Assembly: GCF_006345805.1 (NCBI RefSeq)
Contig: NW_021834485.1
Coordinates: 1-64,000, forward strand
Direction: 5' to 3'
Source of the DNA: Octopus sinensis
Lineage: Eukaryota
DNA length: 64,000 nucleotides
In this document: positions 39,325 through 52,632 of the stretch, piece after piece
Position numbering within the stretch: position 1 is the first letter of the stretch
Layout: each line of letters opens with the position of its first letter
Program-made: the position numbers and the translations under genes
Notes under the pieces: model-generated
Told to the model about the DNA's origin: nothing
The model's database searches: none
What the model saw: the letters and a program-made list of their open reading frames with translations, nothing else

Positions 39325-39770
39325 ACCTCTTTTACTCTTTTACTTGTTTCAGTCATTTGACTGTGGCCATGCTGGAGCACCGCCTGTAGTTCAGCAAATT
39401 GACACTCAGGACTTATTCTTTGTAAAACCTATACTTATTCTATCGATCACTTTTGCCGAACCGCTAAGTTACGGAGACGTAAACACACCAGCATCGGTTG
39501 TCAAGCGATGTGGCGGGGTGGGACAAACACACACACAACACACACACAAACACACACACACACACTATATATATATTATATATATAATATATATAATATA
39601 TGTATATACATATGCGACGGGCTTCTTTCAGTTTCCGTCTACCAAATCCGCTCACGAGGCTTTGGTCGGCCCGAGGTTATAGTAGAAGACACTTGCCCAA
39701 GGTACCACGCAGTGGGACTGAACCCGGAACCATGTGGTTGGTAAGCAAGCTGCGTACCACACAGCCACGT
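39325..39770 (-). mobile_element. SINE family B, near full length
   Basis: Homology to 24118-24526. Confidence 0.85.
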
Positions 39771-39952
39771 CTAATTTTCGCTTCTTATTGCGCTGTAGTT
39801 TATTTTATATGCATTTGTGAATAATAGGAGGATTCAGATAGTATTTTGAACATCAAGGCTATTTTTTCTCCCTATACATTTCAATAATTTTCATCTCACT
39901 TTCTTGTCCCGCTACTTTCTGTCATTCTATAATATTGCGTCATTTTTACTAA

Positions 39953-40280
39953 AGGCGGCGAGCTGGCAGAGTTGTCAGCACGCCGAGCAAAATAGCGACA
40001 TTTCATCTATCTCTAAGTTCAGAGTTCAAATCTCGCCAAGGTCTACTTTGCCTTTTATCTTTTCGGGGTCCATAAAATAAGTACCAGTTGAACACTGGAG
40101 CCGACATGATCGATTTCCTCCATCCTCCGACATCGCTGGATTTGTATCAGAATTTCAAACCATTATTATTCCGCCGAGATTGACTTTGCTTTTCATCCTT
40201 TTAGACGAGCAATTGGGGCGATGTAATCGATTCGTCTCCTCACCAGAATTTCAGTCCTTGCGTCTATAGTAGAAAGGAAT
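39953..40280 (+). mobile_element. SINE family A, older copy plus partial second unit
   Basis: aaggcggcgagctggcagag head; B box gagttcaaatc. Confidence 0.75.
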
Positions 40281-40404
40281 GTTGTAGCATTTCAGCGTGA
40301 ATAATGTTTGTGAATGATTTTGCACTAAAATGCTCCCAATATTTTCGCATTCATTTGTTTTTAATTATATATATATGTGTGTGTGTGTGTCTGTGTACGT
40401 ATCC

Positions 40405-40466
<62 letters not shown>

Positions 40467-40478
40467 CTTTCTGTGTTC

Positions 40479-40514
40479 CTTTCTGCGGAAGAGCGTAGGC
40501 TCGAAACGTTAAAG
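40479..40514 (+). ncRNA. Hammerhead-like motif of a different subfamily (CUGCGGA core)
   Basis: CTTT-CTGCGGA-A-GAGC(gtag)GCTC-GAAACGTT-AAAG; stem I shows a compensatory C-G for G-C; core position 6 is not A. Confidence 0.55.
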
Positions 40515-40594
40515 ACTTTTTCGGTTCCCGAACGTTATACTAATACATCTGTTTGTTGTCTACACCACCTGTCTTCGTCTTTTTTTTTTTTTTG

Positions 40595-40972
40595 CTTGTT
40601 TCAGTCATTTGACTGTGGCCATGCTGGAGCACCGCCTTTTAGCCGAGCAAATCGACCCCAGGACTTATTCTTTGTAAGCCTAGTACTTATTCTATCGGTT
40701 TCTTTTGCCGAACCGCTACGTTACGGAGACGTAAATACACCAGCATCGGTTGTCAAGCGATGTTGGGAGGGGGAGGTCAAACACAGACACACAAACACAC
40801 ACTCATATATATACATATACATATATGAGACGGGCTTCTTTCAGTTTCCGTCTACCAAGGCTTTGGTCGGCGCGAGGCTATAGTAGAAGATACTTGCCCA
40901 AGGTGCCACGCAGTCGGACTGAACCCGGAACCATGTGGTTGGTAAGCAAGCTACTTACCACACAGCCACTCC
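40595..40972 (-). mobile_element. SINE family B, near full length
   Basis: Homology to other B copies. Confidence 0.85.
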
Positions 40973-41017
40973 TAGACGCAGAAGTTCCATTTAGGTTTAA
41001 GTCATGTAATATATATT

Positions 41018-41052
<35 letters not shown>

Positions 41053-41283
41053 CACACACACACATATATGTCTGTGTATGTGCGTGCATGTGTGCAGTGT
41101 GTACATGTGTATACGTATTTGTTGGTGTGTTGGGTGCGGCGTTGTGTGTGTCAGCTTATGTGAATGAGTGTCACGCTATACTTGCCCGCCCTTAACTCTG
41201 GGTCTAGTAAACAACTTGTTTTTTTTTGGCCACACTGCTGCTGCTGCAGTTGTTGCCGCTGTTGTTGTTGTTGTTGCTACTGA

Positions 41284-41315
<32 letters not shown>

Positions 41316-42139
41316 CTGTTCAAACTTGCCCACTGGCTACACATGCGATTCGGCCAAATCTGATTTAGAGACTAGCGTTCCATAGACGAGCGAAGGTATA
41401 ATCTTGTCGGCTGAAGCAGAACCTCCCCCACCCATCTTACCCTACCCCCACCCCTTGCCCTCCTTACTCTCCAACTCCCCTCACCACAACCACCACCAAC
41501 AACAACAGAACTACCACCACCACTACTACTACTACTAGTACTGCTACTACCTCCACCATCATTATCACCGCTTTCACCATCAAACCACTACCATCATTTC
41601 TCTGCCACCACTACCACTAACACCAACACCCCCATTATCATTACCACTACCACCACTATGATCACCAACACCGCCATCACAATCTCTATCACCACCACCA
41701 CCATCACCAACACCACCGCACCCCCCCACACACACACATAATCACGACAATCGCCAACATTAATGCAAGCATCAGCTCCATCCTAACACCCCCACCACTA
41801 CCACAACGAAAGCGCATTACTCTCACTACCACCATGAACTACTGTATCAAATCACCACCACCACCACCACTACTTTACACTAAGATAAACCAACACCATC
41901 ATAATGACCTCAATCTCTCTGCGCCATCATAACGCCGTGACCACCACCACTGCAAACATCATCATTATCATCATCATCAACATCGACATCTAAGGAAGAC
42001 GAAGAACGATGCTGTAACTCGACCTGCGAGAAATAACGGAAATATAAAGGACACATTGGATAACATATTCCTAGATAGATTTTGGCTTAACAAAATATAT
42101 AGCACGATCTACTAAGCTTGCACTTACAATGTCGTTCTT

Positions 42140-42275
42140 TTTCTTCTTTTCTTCTTCATCTGTTTCTTCTTCTTCTTCTTCTTCTTCTTCTTCTTCTTCT
42201 TCTTCTTCTTCTTCTTCTTCTTCTTCTTCGTCTTCTTCTTCTTCTTCTTCTTCTTCTTCTTCTTCTTCTTCTTCT
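42140..42275. repeat. (TTC)n microsatellite
   Basis: Directly visible. Confidence 0.97.
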
Positions 42276-42719
42276 TTTTCTCCCCTCTTCCTCTTCCACC
42301 TCCTCCTTATTCTTATTCTTCTTTTTCTCCCCACCACCACCTCCTCCTCCTCCTTATTCTTATTCTCGTTTTCCTTCTCCTCCTTTCTTCTTTCTCTCAT
42401 CCTCTCTCTCTCACACTTACTCGATCTCTCTCTTTCTCTCTCACTCGCCCACTCGCTCTCAATCCCATACACATCCATATCATACACACTGTACGTCACA
42501 CACACACATACATGCACACACATTACACTCCACATAGACACATTATTCACACACATATAGATATACGTATTTTTACATCTACATCTCGATCTTCACAAAA
42601 TCTTCCAAGCTCCATTTTGTTCTTGAAGTTTTTGATACACTTTGGGACACCAACGTAGCACAAGAATTTCGAAGTTGAAAAAAATTCGTTATCAAGCATT
42701 CATGATGACCCGACAGCAG

Positions 42720-43150
42720 TAAAAAACATGAAGTAGCTATGAGAGAAGAGAAAGAATTTGGAAATGGTAGCAAATTCAGAGGGATTGCTGTATTTCTATT
42801 TCGATTCCACAAATGAAATGGTAACAACTTTGGAAATTCATGCTTCAAGTTTAACCTACAACGACGAAGTTTCAAATAGATTTTTTGATGATCTACAATG
42901 AAGCATAAACCTGATCTTATAAGATTACCGGAGATTCCAGAGCTAGAGTAGAAGGCGAATGGTAAAATAATACAGGAAAATATACTACTGGAAAACGAAC
43001 CGTATGAGGACTAAGATACTTATTGTGGTTCTTATTTCGATGCAAAAGTGGGAGAGAATGCAAGAACTGGTAAAATATTAATGGAAAATACGGTGTTGAG
43101 AAAGCAAACGAGCGAAGGATTGCGCGTTTATTATAAACCTATACAACAAA
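42720..43150 (+). pseudogene. Decayed AP-endonuclease domain of an RTE-like LINE
   Basis: Manual translation: LEIHASSLTYNDEVSNRFFDDLQ ... YFDAKVGE ... GKYGVEKANERRIARL, resembling YAPT..FYDDLQ / GDFNAKVG / GKYGLGERNERGERL. Confidence 0.5.
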
Positions 43151-43243
43151 TGGTCTTGGGATAAGATATATTAAAAAGTAATGAAAGGGAGGTAATCAAG
43201 ACGAACCAAGTAATTTCTCTAAATATATAGAATTTTTGCAATT

Positions 43244-43728
43244 ATTTCATATTTATATAAATATATATATATATATATATATACATCCATTTCTATTAAT
43301 ATAGAATCATAATTAGCTAGTAAATGGTGATTTGTTTTATTAATGAGTCGAATTAAAAGAATATGTTAGACGTATTTACTAACTATGGAGAAAAACTTTA
43401 TCAATTTAGTAAATATATCATGAGTCAATAAGATATATTAAAAAGTAAGGGAAGGGAGGTAATCAAGATTAACCAAGTAATTTCCCTAGATATATAGAAT
43501 TTTTTTTCCATCTTATATAGGAGAGTATAAAAACATAATTCTAATTTCATTATATCCACTCCTGATATTGACTTCTGATATATGTGCTAAATTAATAAAG
43601 TTTTTTTTCCACAGTTAGTAAATATTATGTCTAACATTTTCTTTTAATTCAACTCATTACTAGCTAATTATGATTATATATTAATAGAAATGGATACATA
43701 TATATATATATTTATATAAATATGAAAT
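43244..43728. repeat. AT-rich foldback (inverted repeat)
   Basis: 43244-43430 is the reverse complement of 43566-43728 apart from a ~20-nt indel; there is also a ~75-bp direct repeat at 43160 and 43428. Confidence 0.85.
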
Positions 43729-44645
43729 GATTTCTATATTTTCTATCCCTATATAAGATACTAATATTTATTGAAATCCTTTAGAAAATTATCGAAAGAA
43801 TATTTACTTAAATTTCTTAATATAGAATCTGGATGTTAAATGGTAAGGGACATTGAAAACCTCTAGAGCACTAGTAGTCTATGTTTCCCCTATCCCTCTA
43901 TCTTCAACCTACTAGCTTTTTGCTATAATGGATTCAAGTATATCTAAACTGAATTCCTCAAAATGGGAATAGGTTTATGGTTTTGACATTTGTACTACCC
44001 CTTCCTATATCTATAAATAGAAAAAAATTCTTTGTCTCCATCCAACCAAAAATAAAACTTCCCCACTGATAGATCTAAATAACAAAGTGAACGCAATGAT
44101 GAAATCTACGGTCAGAGAGTGAATATACTATTATCATGTTCTTAAGAATGAAATCAACCTCTCTGTCTTTATATCTACCCTCTTTATAATGTTGGCAAAT
44201 GAAATAGAGATAAGAATGTGCATTGTCCGTTTGACTGGAAAATTCTATAAGTGGCTGAAGATTGCTCGACATTTTAAAACTGATGTAATACTTACAGTGT
44301 TTAATAAAATGAAGTAGCATGAACCAATTGTACTACTCTACCATGGATATACTTGTTACTTATTTTGATTATATATATATATAATCTATTCCTTATTCTT
44401 GTACTCTCATCTTCTCCTTCTCATCTTCATGGCTTCCCTTATTTTATTAAACTTTCATCCGTCTTAAATTATTTAGACACAACATCCGAAAATAGATTTA
44501 TTTATTTATTTTTGTGGTCGTGCTGATGGTCGTAAGGGACATAGGTAGTAAGTCGAGGAGGTGTATATATTATATGTATTCATATGTGTGTGTGTGTGTG
44601 TGTGTGTGTGTTGTGTGTGTGTGTGTGTGTGTTTGTATGTTTAAA

Positions 44646-44887
44646 CAATAATCCCTCGCCTTATCGCAGTTCGCCTATTGCGGTTCACCTATCACGGTTT
44701 ATTATCTAAGCTTACGTCGATTCCTCTGTGGTGCTGTTTTGCATTTACAATAAAATAAATATATACAAATTATAAAAATAATGAAAACCAAATATACAGT
44801 ACAGTATTGTTTCTATTTCGCGGATTTTCACCTATCGCGTGGATGTGGATGTGGAAAGTAACACCCGCGATAGTTGAGACATTACTG
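44646..44887. mobile_element. Tigger/pogo-type MITE
   Basis: caataatccctcgccttatcgc versus gcgatagttgagacattactg|ta, imperfect TIRs. Confidence 0.6.
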
Positions 44888-45507
44888 TACATGAATTTAT
44901 ACGTTGACTCACACATACATGTATATATCTATGCATCTATCCATTAATTTATCTGTCAGTCTACTTCTCAATCATTCGACCAACCAACCAACCAACCAAC
45001 CAGCCAGCCAACCAACCCACCACCCAGTCTTATCCATCTACCTACAAAGAGCCACCCACCTCTCTTCTTCCAGCAGTAATAATTCTTCTCGATACGCCTC
45101 CCTTATTCGTATAAATATCATCTTAAGTCAAATAGCTTCATTAGAATGCCCACCTCATTGTCACGTCACTTTATTTATTTAGCTAACTACAGATTTCTTT
45201 ATAGTCACCCCTTTATTTAATGTCCCCCCCCTTTCCTCCCTGCTCTCCCTTCACGTACATCCACCACCCCCGCTTCTCAATCTATCCCTTATTCTCGTAT
45301 TCTCATTCTCACCTTCGAGACTTCCCTTATTCTATTATGCCTTCACCCCGTCTTAAGTTATTTAGACACAAACAAAAACGAACAACAGCTCGTGTTGCTT
45401 TCGCCTCTTTATAATTCTTCCCATCACCACAACCGCCTCCTCTCTTCCTTACGCCTCTCTGTCTCTCTCTATCTTTATATATTTACACTCACACACACAC
45501 CTGCCAC

Positions 45508-45554
<47 letters not shown>

Positions 45555-45784
45555 GTTTCACTCTCTCGCTATTCTACTCTTTCTCCTTCTTTCATTTCTT
45601 TTCTTCACTTCCGTCAGTTCGCGTTCTTCTTTTCCGACATTTTGTTCTTCTACTTTTCTATTGTCGTATTTAACTCTCGCCTGCTCGAAAACCCCACCAT
45701 CCCCGTTAAACCTCTTTAGCCTCCTTTTTTTTCTCCATCCCTTGTTGCCCACTTTGGGATCTTTTTCCTCTCTTCCTTCTTTAT

Positions 45785-45819
45785 GTTTCCGACGAAGAGC
45801 TCCGCTCGAAACGTCATAC
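45785..45819 (+). ncRNA. Minimal hammerhead motif (CCGACGA core, GUC site)
   Basis: GTTT-CCGACGA-A-GAGC(tcc)GCTC-GAAACGTC-ATAC inside a PLE-type terminus at ~45740-45915 ending at (TA)n; stem I has one mismatch. Confidence 0.6.
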
Positions 45820-46286
45820 CTTCTGCTTCCATATTTCCTGAGCGCCTATTAATAATAATACTGTAATTGTTCCACGTGTTGTTGTTTTTTTGTTTTCCCG
45901 TTTGGATTAAAATTATATATATATATTATATAATATATAGATATATATATATAATATATATTATATATATATATTCTTTTCATTGTGATACCAAAATACC
46001 TCAGCCGCTCTCTAAAGGGATGTTAGATTTATATAAGATATAAGATCGAATCCAGTCCAGAAGTAAACGATATTCAGTGTGTTCATTTGAGAACAAGGAC
46101 CAATGTAAATACAACACAAGACACCTAACACGTAGCCACCGCCAACATATTTTGCTCCCGGCCAAAGGAATGTCGTAAAGTGAAAGGTTTTATGTGGATT
46201 ACTGTGTGTGTGTGTGTATGTGAGTGTACGACCGTTTGTGTCTGAGTTTCATTTTCTCGTAGCTGCCTTAACACTTTTGTGGAATC

Positions 46287-46323
<37 letters not shown>

Positions 46324-46436
46324 AGTGTGTGTGTGTATGTATTTATGTATGTATGTATATAGTATGTATGTGTATATATATATATGTGTATATATATATA
46401 TATATATATACATACATATATATATGTATATATATG

Positions 46437-46487
<51 letters not shown>

Positions 46488-46602
46488 GAGTGGTGTGTGT
46501 ATGTATTATGTATGTATGTATATATGTATGTATGTGTATATATATATATGTGATATATATATATTATATATATACATACATATATATAGTATATATATGT
46601 AT

Positions 46603-46644
<42 letters not shown>

Positions 46645-47400
46645 GTGTGTGTGTATAAATACGTGTTGTATGATTGTGTCTGTTTTTATTTATACATATG
46701 TATGTAAGAATATTCGAGTGTTTCTCTGTGGTTGTGTTTGCTTCAGTATCTGCATATATGTGTGCGCGCGCGCGTGTGTGTGTACGTGCATGGGGTAGGA
46801 GAATGGGCGTCAGCGGAAGTATGTGGGAGGGGGAAATGAATGCTGAGTAAAAACAAAATCCGAAAATAGGTGAAAACGTCGAGCAGACACGCACCGCGTG
46901 GAAACATTAGACAAGATAAAGGTGGTCATTCGATCAGTAGCGAACATAGTTTAGTGTCATGGAGAAGTGAGGAGGAGGAGGAGGAGGAGGAGGAGTAAGT
47001 AGGAAGAAGAGAGACTGACGAAGAGAGAGAACGACTGAGTCGGGAGAGGAAGCGAAAATGACAGAGGGAGAGGAAGAGGAGGTTGAGTACACATGGGAGA
47101 ATTTAAGAAATATAACAGTGCAAGATGAATTAGTGCATGTGTGTGTGTGTGTTTGTGTTGGATGTGTTGGAGGTCGAGTGAAAAGCGCAGGTATGGCCAA
47201 ACGATTGCGAATTTTATTATTAAAATCATGATGGTCCATAATGTATGGCATCTCAAAGAGAGGGTTTAGTGTGTTCTACTATAAACCTTTTGTTCTATCC
47301 AAGCCATGTCAATGTGGCTGTGTCTACGTGGGTTGACCTTCCTTTAAATGCGAGGTGCAACTCTTCTTCCTTGTTGATCCTGACCGAGGGCTATTTTACA

Positions 47401-47635
47401 AAGGCGGCGAGCTGGCAGAAACGTTAGCACACCGGGCGAAATGCTTAGCAGTATTTCGTCTGCCGTTACGTTCTGGGTTCAAATTCCGCCGAGGTCGACT
47501 TTGCCTTTCATCCTTTCGGGGTCGATAAATTAAGTACCAGTTACGCACTGGGGTCGATGTAATCGACTTAACCTCTTTGTCTGTCCTTGTTTGTCCCCTC
47601 TATGTTCAGCCCCTTGTGGGTAGTAAAGAAATATA
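47401..47635 (+). mobile_element. SINE family A monomer with 9-bp TSD
   Basis: TATTTTACA at 47392-47400 and 47636-47644. Confidence 0.9.
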
Positions 47636-47999
47636 TATTTTACAGGCTAACCATATTTGTGGAATATTCAGACACGCTATGATTCTGTGGGTAGTGGAAA
47701 CGAGAGGGGTGACATTGAAGGAGGAGTACAGATTAAAACTAATGTTGCCAAGGAAGGATCTCCCATTAATTCTACTGAATTCCCGTCAGTACAAATTTGG
47801 CCCTTTTACTTGCAACAGAAGAGATCTACAGTAAAAACGTATCATGGAATGGAAACCGTAAAAGGTTGACACTTATACACCAAGACATTGGGTAGCCCAG
47901 CGCTCCTATTTATCCGTCTGCGTAAAGTGTTTGCATTGTACAGAATGTTTAAGACACTGTGTGACCCGGCGTTCATGTTTATCTGTCGAAGTAAAGGCT

Positions 48000-48172
48000 T
48001 GGCAGCATTTCGTTCGTCTTTACGTTCTGAGATCAAATTCCGCCGAAGTCGGCTTTGCCTTTCATCCTTTCGAGATCAATGAAATATGTACCGGTTGAGC
48101 AGTGGGGTCGATGTAATCGGCTTAACACCCTCTCCCGAAATTGCTGGCTTTGTGCCAAAATTTGAAACCAAT
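48000..48172 (+). mobile_element. SINE family A, head-truncated
   Basis: B-box region, central domain and gctggctttgtgccaaaatttgaaacc tail. Confidence 0.75.
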
Positions 48173-48294
48173 ATCAAGTCAATAACCTTCTGAATGTTGC
48201 TGTTTCTCTGCACCTCAGTCTAGAGACTTTAGAGAGATGTTTATACGTAACCCAGAAATCCTGACAGAACAATGGATCAGAAACAGTCTAAAGT

Positions 48295-48714
48295 TGAAGG
48301 CGGCGAGCTGGCAGAAACGGTAGCACGCCGGGCGAAATGCTAAGAGGTATTTCGTCTACCGCTAAGTTCTGAGTTCAAATTCCACCGAGGTCGACTTTGC
48401 CTTTCATACTTTCAGAGTCGATAAATTAAGTACCAGTTACGCACTGGGGTCGATGTAATCGACTTAATCCCTTTGTCTGTCCTTGTTTGTCCCCTCTGTA
48501 TGTAGCTCCTTGAGGGTAGTAAAGAAATAGGTATTTCGTCTGCCGCTACGTTCTGAGTTCAAATTCCGCCGAGGTCGACTTTGCCTTTCATCTTTTCGGG
48601 GTCGATAAATAAAGTACCAGTTACTCACTGGGGTCGATGTAATCGACTTAATCCGTTTGTCTGTCCTTGTTTGTCCCCTCTGCGTGTAGCCCCTTGTGGG
48701 CAGTAAAGAAATAG
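48295..48714 (+). mobile_element. SINE family A dimer with 15-bp TSD
   Basis: GAAACAGTCTAAAGT at 48280-48294 and 48715-48729; internal junction at 48524-48537. Confidence 0.9.
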
Positions 48715-49845
48715 GAAACAGTCTAAAGTAGATTACAAAATTGTAACGATGAAGTCAACAATCAACTTCCGACTATTTTCTGGTATGTAAATAACGTGAT
48801 GTTCATAGGTTCCAATCTTATTCGGAGAGCAGACCATGGGACGAAAGGGTCTAAACCTGAAAATAATTCTTTGTTCTTTTTCCTTTTTCCAAAATTCCAA
48901 CAATTCATAAAACTTAATCTCCGATTTTCATAGTGGAATCAGAAAGAAATCTTCACCTGGAAGAGACAGTGGTCCATCGAGGGTAGCTCTCTCCTTTGCC
49001 AAATATTGAACTTGTCACGGCAGGTCAAGAATAACTCGTGAAATAATCTTCCTTGGTAGCGACGAATTCTTTTTACTTTTTCGTATCTAGTGATGATTAG
49101 TCTTACAGAGACGTTTCTAGAATTAAGTCTTTTGGCCACAGACGCAATGCAGAACTTGTGATACCTGGGAAGGTTTGTGATACCTGGGCACGTTATACGT
49201 ACAAAACCATTTGGTGATTTTAATTTGAGTCGCTATTAGTTTCATGTCTCTGAAAATACAAGAGTCGTTACAAGCGTGTCGTGTATATGTATGCGTGTGT
49301 ATATGTATGCATGTATGTGTGCGTGTGAGTGGCGTGTATGTGTGCGTGTGTGTGTGTGCGTGTGTAGGTATGAATGTATGCATGTATGAGGATAGGAAAT
49401 TAGACTACTAACCAAACGACACGAAGCAGTGAAGGGCATAGATGACATATTAAGAGAAAGGAGAGATGGGAATGAAAGAGGGGAGTTAGAAAGGGAGAGA
49501 ATTAGAGATAGTGAGATTGAGTGGAAGAAGCGTGTGTAATAAAAATAGAAGGGAACGGTAAGAGAGGGAGATAGAGAGGGGGAATTAGGAGAGTATATGA
49601 TGCTGAGAAGTAAACAGAGAGTGAAGAGAAGTAGGAAGAGAGTAGAAGAGATGGAGGTAAAATAATAGGAAGACAAAGAGAGATGAGAGAGATGAGAGAG
49701 CAAGGAGAGGAAAGAACAATGGCAGACGAGCAGACAGGCAGACAGGCAGACAGACAGACAGATATACATAGAGGAAGTGATTGACTGATTGATTGATTGA
49801 TTGATTGATTGATAGGTCAGTAGATTTGCTACGTACGTACGTACG

Positions 49846-49926
<81 letters not shown>

Positions 49927-49958
49927 TGACGGACGGACGGACGGACGGAAGGACAGAC

Positions 49959-49993
<35 letters not shown>

Positions 49994-50419
49994 TGCACAA
50001 ATGCATGCATACTTGCATACATACATTCATGCATACATGCATGCATACATTCATATATGCATACATATGTACATGCATACATACATACATACATACATAG
50101 ACAGATAGACAGACAGACAGACAGATTGATACATATAATATATATATATATATATAGGTAAACAGTATAAAACTAATTACAGACATGGACAAGAACATGA
50201 AACACCACAGAGACGACACAAGAACCACAGGACGGGACATCGAAGCCTCAGTCATCATCAAGAACCAGATATCTTAGCAATTTCGGCTGATTAATCTTGA
50301 GATTGCCTCCGATATGGCCAGCCGCCAAGGGAAATCTAGCCAAGCGCATTAGATCCCTGGAGAAAGCTTCGATGTATACAAACGAGACGGAAAACGACGA
50401 AGTACACGAACAAAAATAC

Positions 50420-50457
<38 letters not shown>

Positions 50458-50679
50458 AAGAGTGAGAGAGAAGGGGAGAGAGAGAGAGGGAGATTAGATT
50501 AGATGGAAGAATATTTTGGATGAAGGAATGAAGAATATGACCCATACACCAAATATTTATGAATTTGGCATGAAGCACGTGACACAATACTTTGCCTAAG
50601 GGATCAATCTTTCCTCCCTCCACCCCCACCCCCCACCCCGCCATTCCCCATATTTTATTTGATTATTTATGTTTGTGCC

Positions 50680-50790
50680 GCAGTCACCGTCGCCGCCGCT
50701 CTTTCATTTGATCCCCGCACATTCTGCGCGTCACTGTGCCAGTCTCGTGGGGCGTGGCATATAAAGTGACTGTCCGCTTTAGTTTTGAAG
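50680..50790 (+). promoter_or_regulatory. Candidate Pol II promoter-like CpG-rich patch
   Basis: GGGGCGTGGC (Sp/KLF-like) directly before TATAAAG at 50760-50766; no well-spaced Inr seen. Confidence 0.25.
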
Positions 50791-51265
50791 TTTTGACGTC
50801 GAATGTTGAAAAATGTTGTTGCTGTTGCTGTTGTTGTTGTTGTTGTTGTTGTTATTTGTTTAGTTTCGATTATTTAGGGAAGTGGGTGGGGAGGGGGGAG
50901 TTGCAGGCATTTGTTTGTCTTACCTAATGTGTGTCTCTCTCTCTCTGCTCCACTCCTACACCCACAACAACAACAACAACAACAGCAGCAAGAACAATAA
51001 CTCGTACAATTACAAAACCCAAAAGTACCCGTACTAAAATGAGTGTCTTTACCTGGTCGTGAAACTTACTAGAAATAACAGCCAGATCTCCTTCATATCT
51101 CTCCCTGTCGCCTTGAAGAAGAAAAAAAACTGGACACATTAGATAATGTAGTTCATGATATTATTGCATCAGTGGAATAGTCGTGGCTGGAATATCTTTG
51201 ATCATCGCTATCTTCAGGCAGGGCTTATCTAGAACCAAACACCAACATTAATAAAGACTCCCCTG

Positions 51266-51879
51266 AAAGCAACGAGCTGGCAGAAACGTTAGTACACCGG
51301 GCGAAATGCTTAGCGGTATTTCATCTGCCGTTACGTTCTGAGTTCAAATTCCGCCGAGGTCGACTTTGCCTTTCATCCTTTCGGTGTCGATAAATTAAGT
51401 ACCAGTTACGCACTGGGGTCGATATAATCGACTTAATCCGTTTGTCCTCTTTGTATTTAGCCCCTTGTGGGTAGTAAAGAAATACGTATTTCGTCTGCCG
51501 TTACGTCCTGAGTTCAAATTCCACCGAGGTCGATTTCGCCAATCATCCTTTCGGGGTCGATTAAATAAGTACCACTTACGCACTGGGGTCGATATAATCG
51601 ACTTAATCCGTTTGTCTGTCCTTGTTTTTTCCCTCTGTGTTTAGCCCCTTGTGGGTAGTAAAGAAATACGTATTTCGTCTGCCGTTACGTTCTGAGTTCA
51701 AATTCCACCGAGGTCGACTTCGCCTTTCATCCTTTCGGGGTCGATTAAATAAGTACCAGTTACGCACTGGGGTCGATGTAATCGACTTAATCCGTTTGTC
51801 TGTCCTTGTTTGTCTTCTCTGTGTTTAGCCCCTTCCCCCCAAAATTCCAGGTCTTGTGCCTATAGTAGAAAGGATTATT
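51266..51879 (+). mobile_element. SINE family A trimer
   Basis: Head followed by three central domains; junctions GAAATACGTATTTC at 51479 and 51663 (184 bp apart). Confidence 0.9.
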
Positions 51880-51911
51880 GGTGGTGCTATCGTAGTTATT
51901 GTTGTAGTGAA

Positions 51912-52245
51912 GACGCATGGCTCAGTAGTTAGAGCGTCGGGTTCACATACATGGGGTAGTGAGTTCGATTCCCGGACCGGGCTGTGTGTTGTGTTCTTGA
52001 GCAAAACACCTCTATTTCACGTTGCTCCAGTTCCCTCGGCTGTAGAAATGAGTTGCAACATCACTGGTGCCAAGCAGTATCGGCCTTTGCCTTCCCCTTG
52101 GATAACATCAGTGGCGTTGAAGAGGGGAGGCTGGTATACGTGGGGAACCGCTGGTCTTCCATAAACAACCTTGCCTGGACTTGTACCTCGGTGGGGAGCT
52201 TTCTGGGTGCAATCCCATGGTCTTTCATGACCGAAGGGAGCCTTT
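51912..52245 (+). mobile_element. SINE family D
   Basis: Head gacgcatggctcagtagttagagc...gagttcgattcccgg; CORE-like ttgtgttcttgagcaaaacac. Confidence 0.75.
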
Positions 52246-52249
52246 ATTA

Positions 52250-52632
52250 TTCTTTTCTTCTTTAGGGACAAGGTCTGAAATTTTTTTGTGAGGGGGAGGG
52301 CAGTTGATTAAATTGACCCTAGTACGCAACTGGTACTTTATTTATCGACCCCGAAAGGATCAAAGGCAAAGTCGACATCGGCGGAATTTGAACTCAGAAC
52401 GTAGCGGCAGACGAAATACCTATTTCTTTACTGCCCACAAGGGGCTAAACACAGCGAGGACAAACAAGGACAGACAAACGGATTAAATCGATTACATCTA
52501 CCCCAGTGCGTAACTGGTACTTATTTAATCGACCCCGAAAGGATGAAAGGCAATGTCGACCTCAGCAGAATTTGAACTCAGAACGTAAGCATTTCGCCCG
52601 GCGTGCTAACGTTTCTGCCAGCTCGCCGCCTT
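52250..52632 (-). mobile_element. SINE family A dimer
   Basis: Junction at 52413-52426. Confidence 0.85.

Noticed and set aside
43740-44340. Possible L1/Tx1-like LINE remnant
   Set aside because: Translation gave no motif I could identify with confidence.
47645-47869. Protein-like ORFs after an apparent acceptor
   Set aside because: The apparent acceptor tattttacag is the SINE target-site duplication; no recognisable domain or donor.
48939-49250. Minus-strand ORFs or possible exon in unique sequence
   Set aside because: No recognisable motif; the candidate donor lies in a 20-bp tandem duplication.
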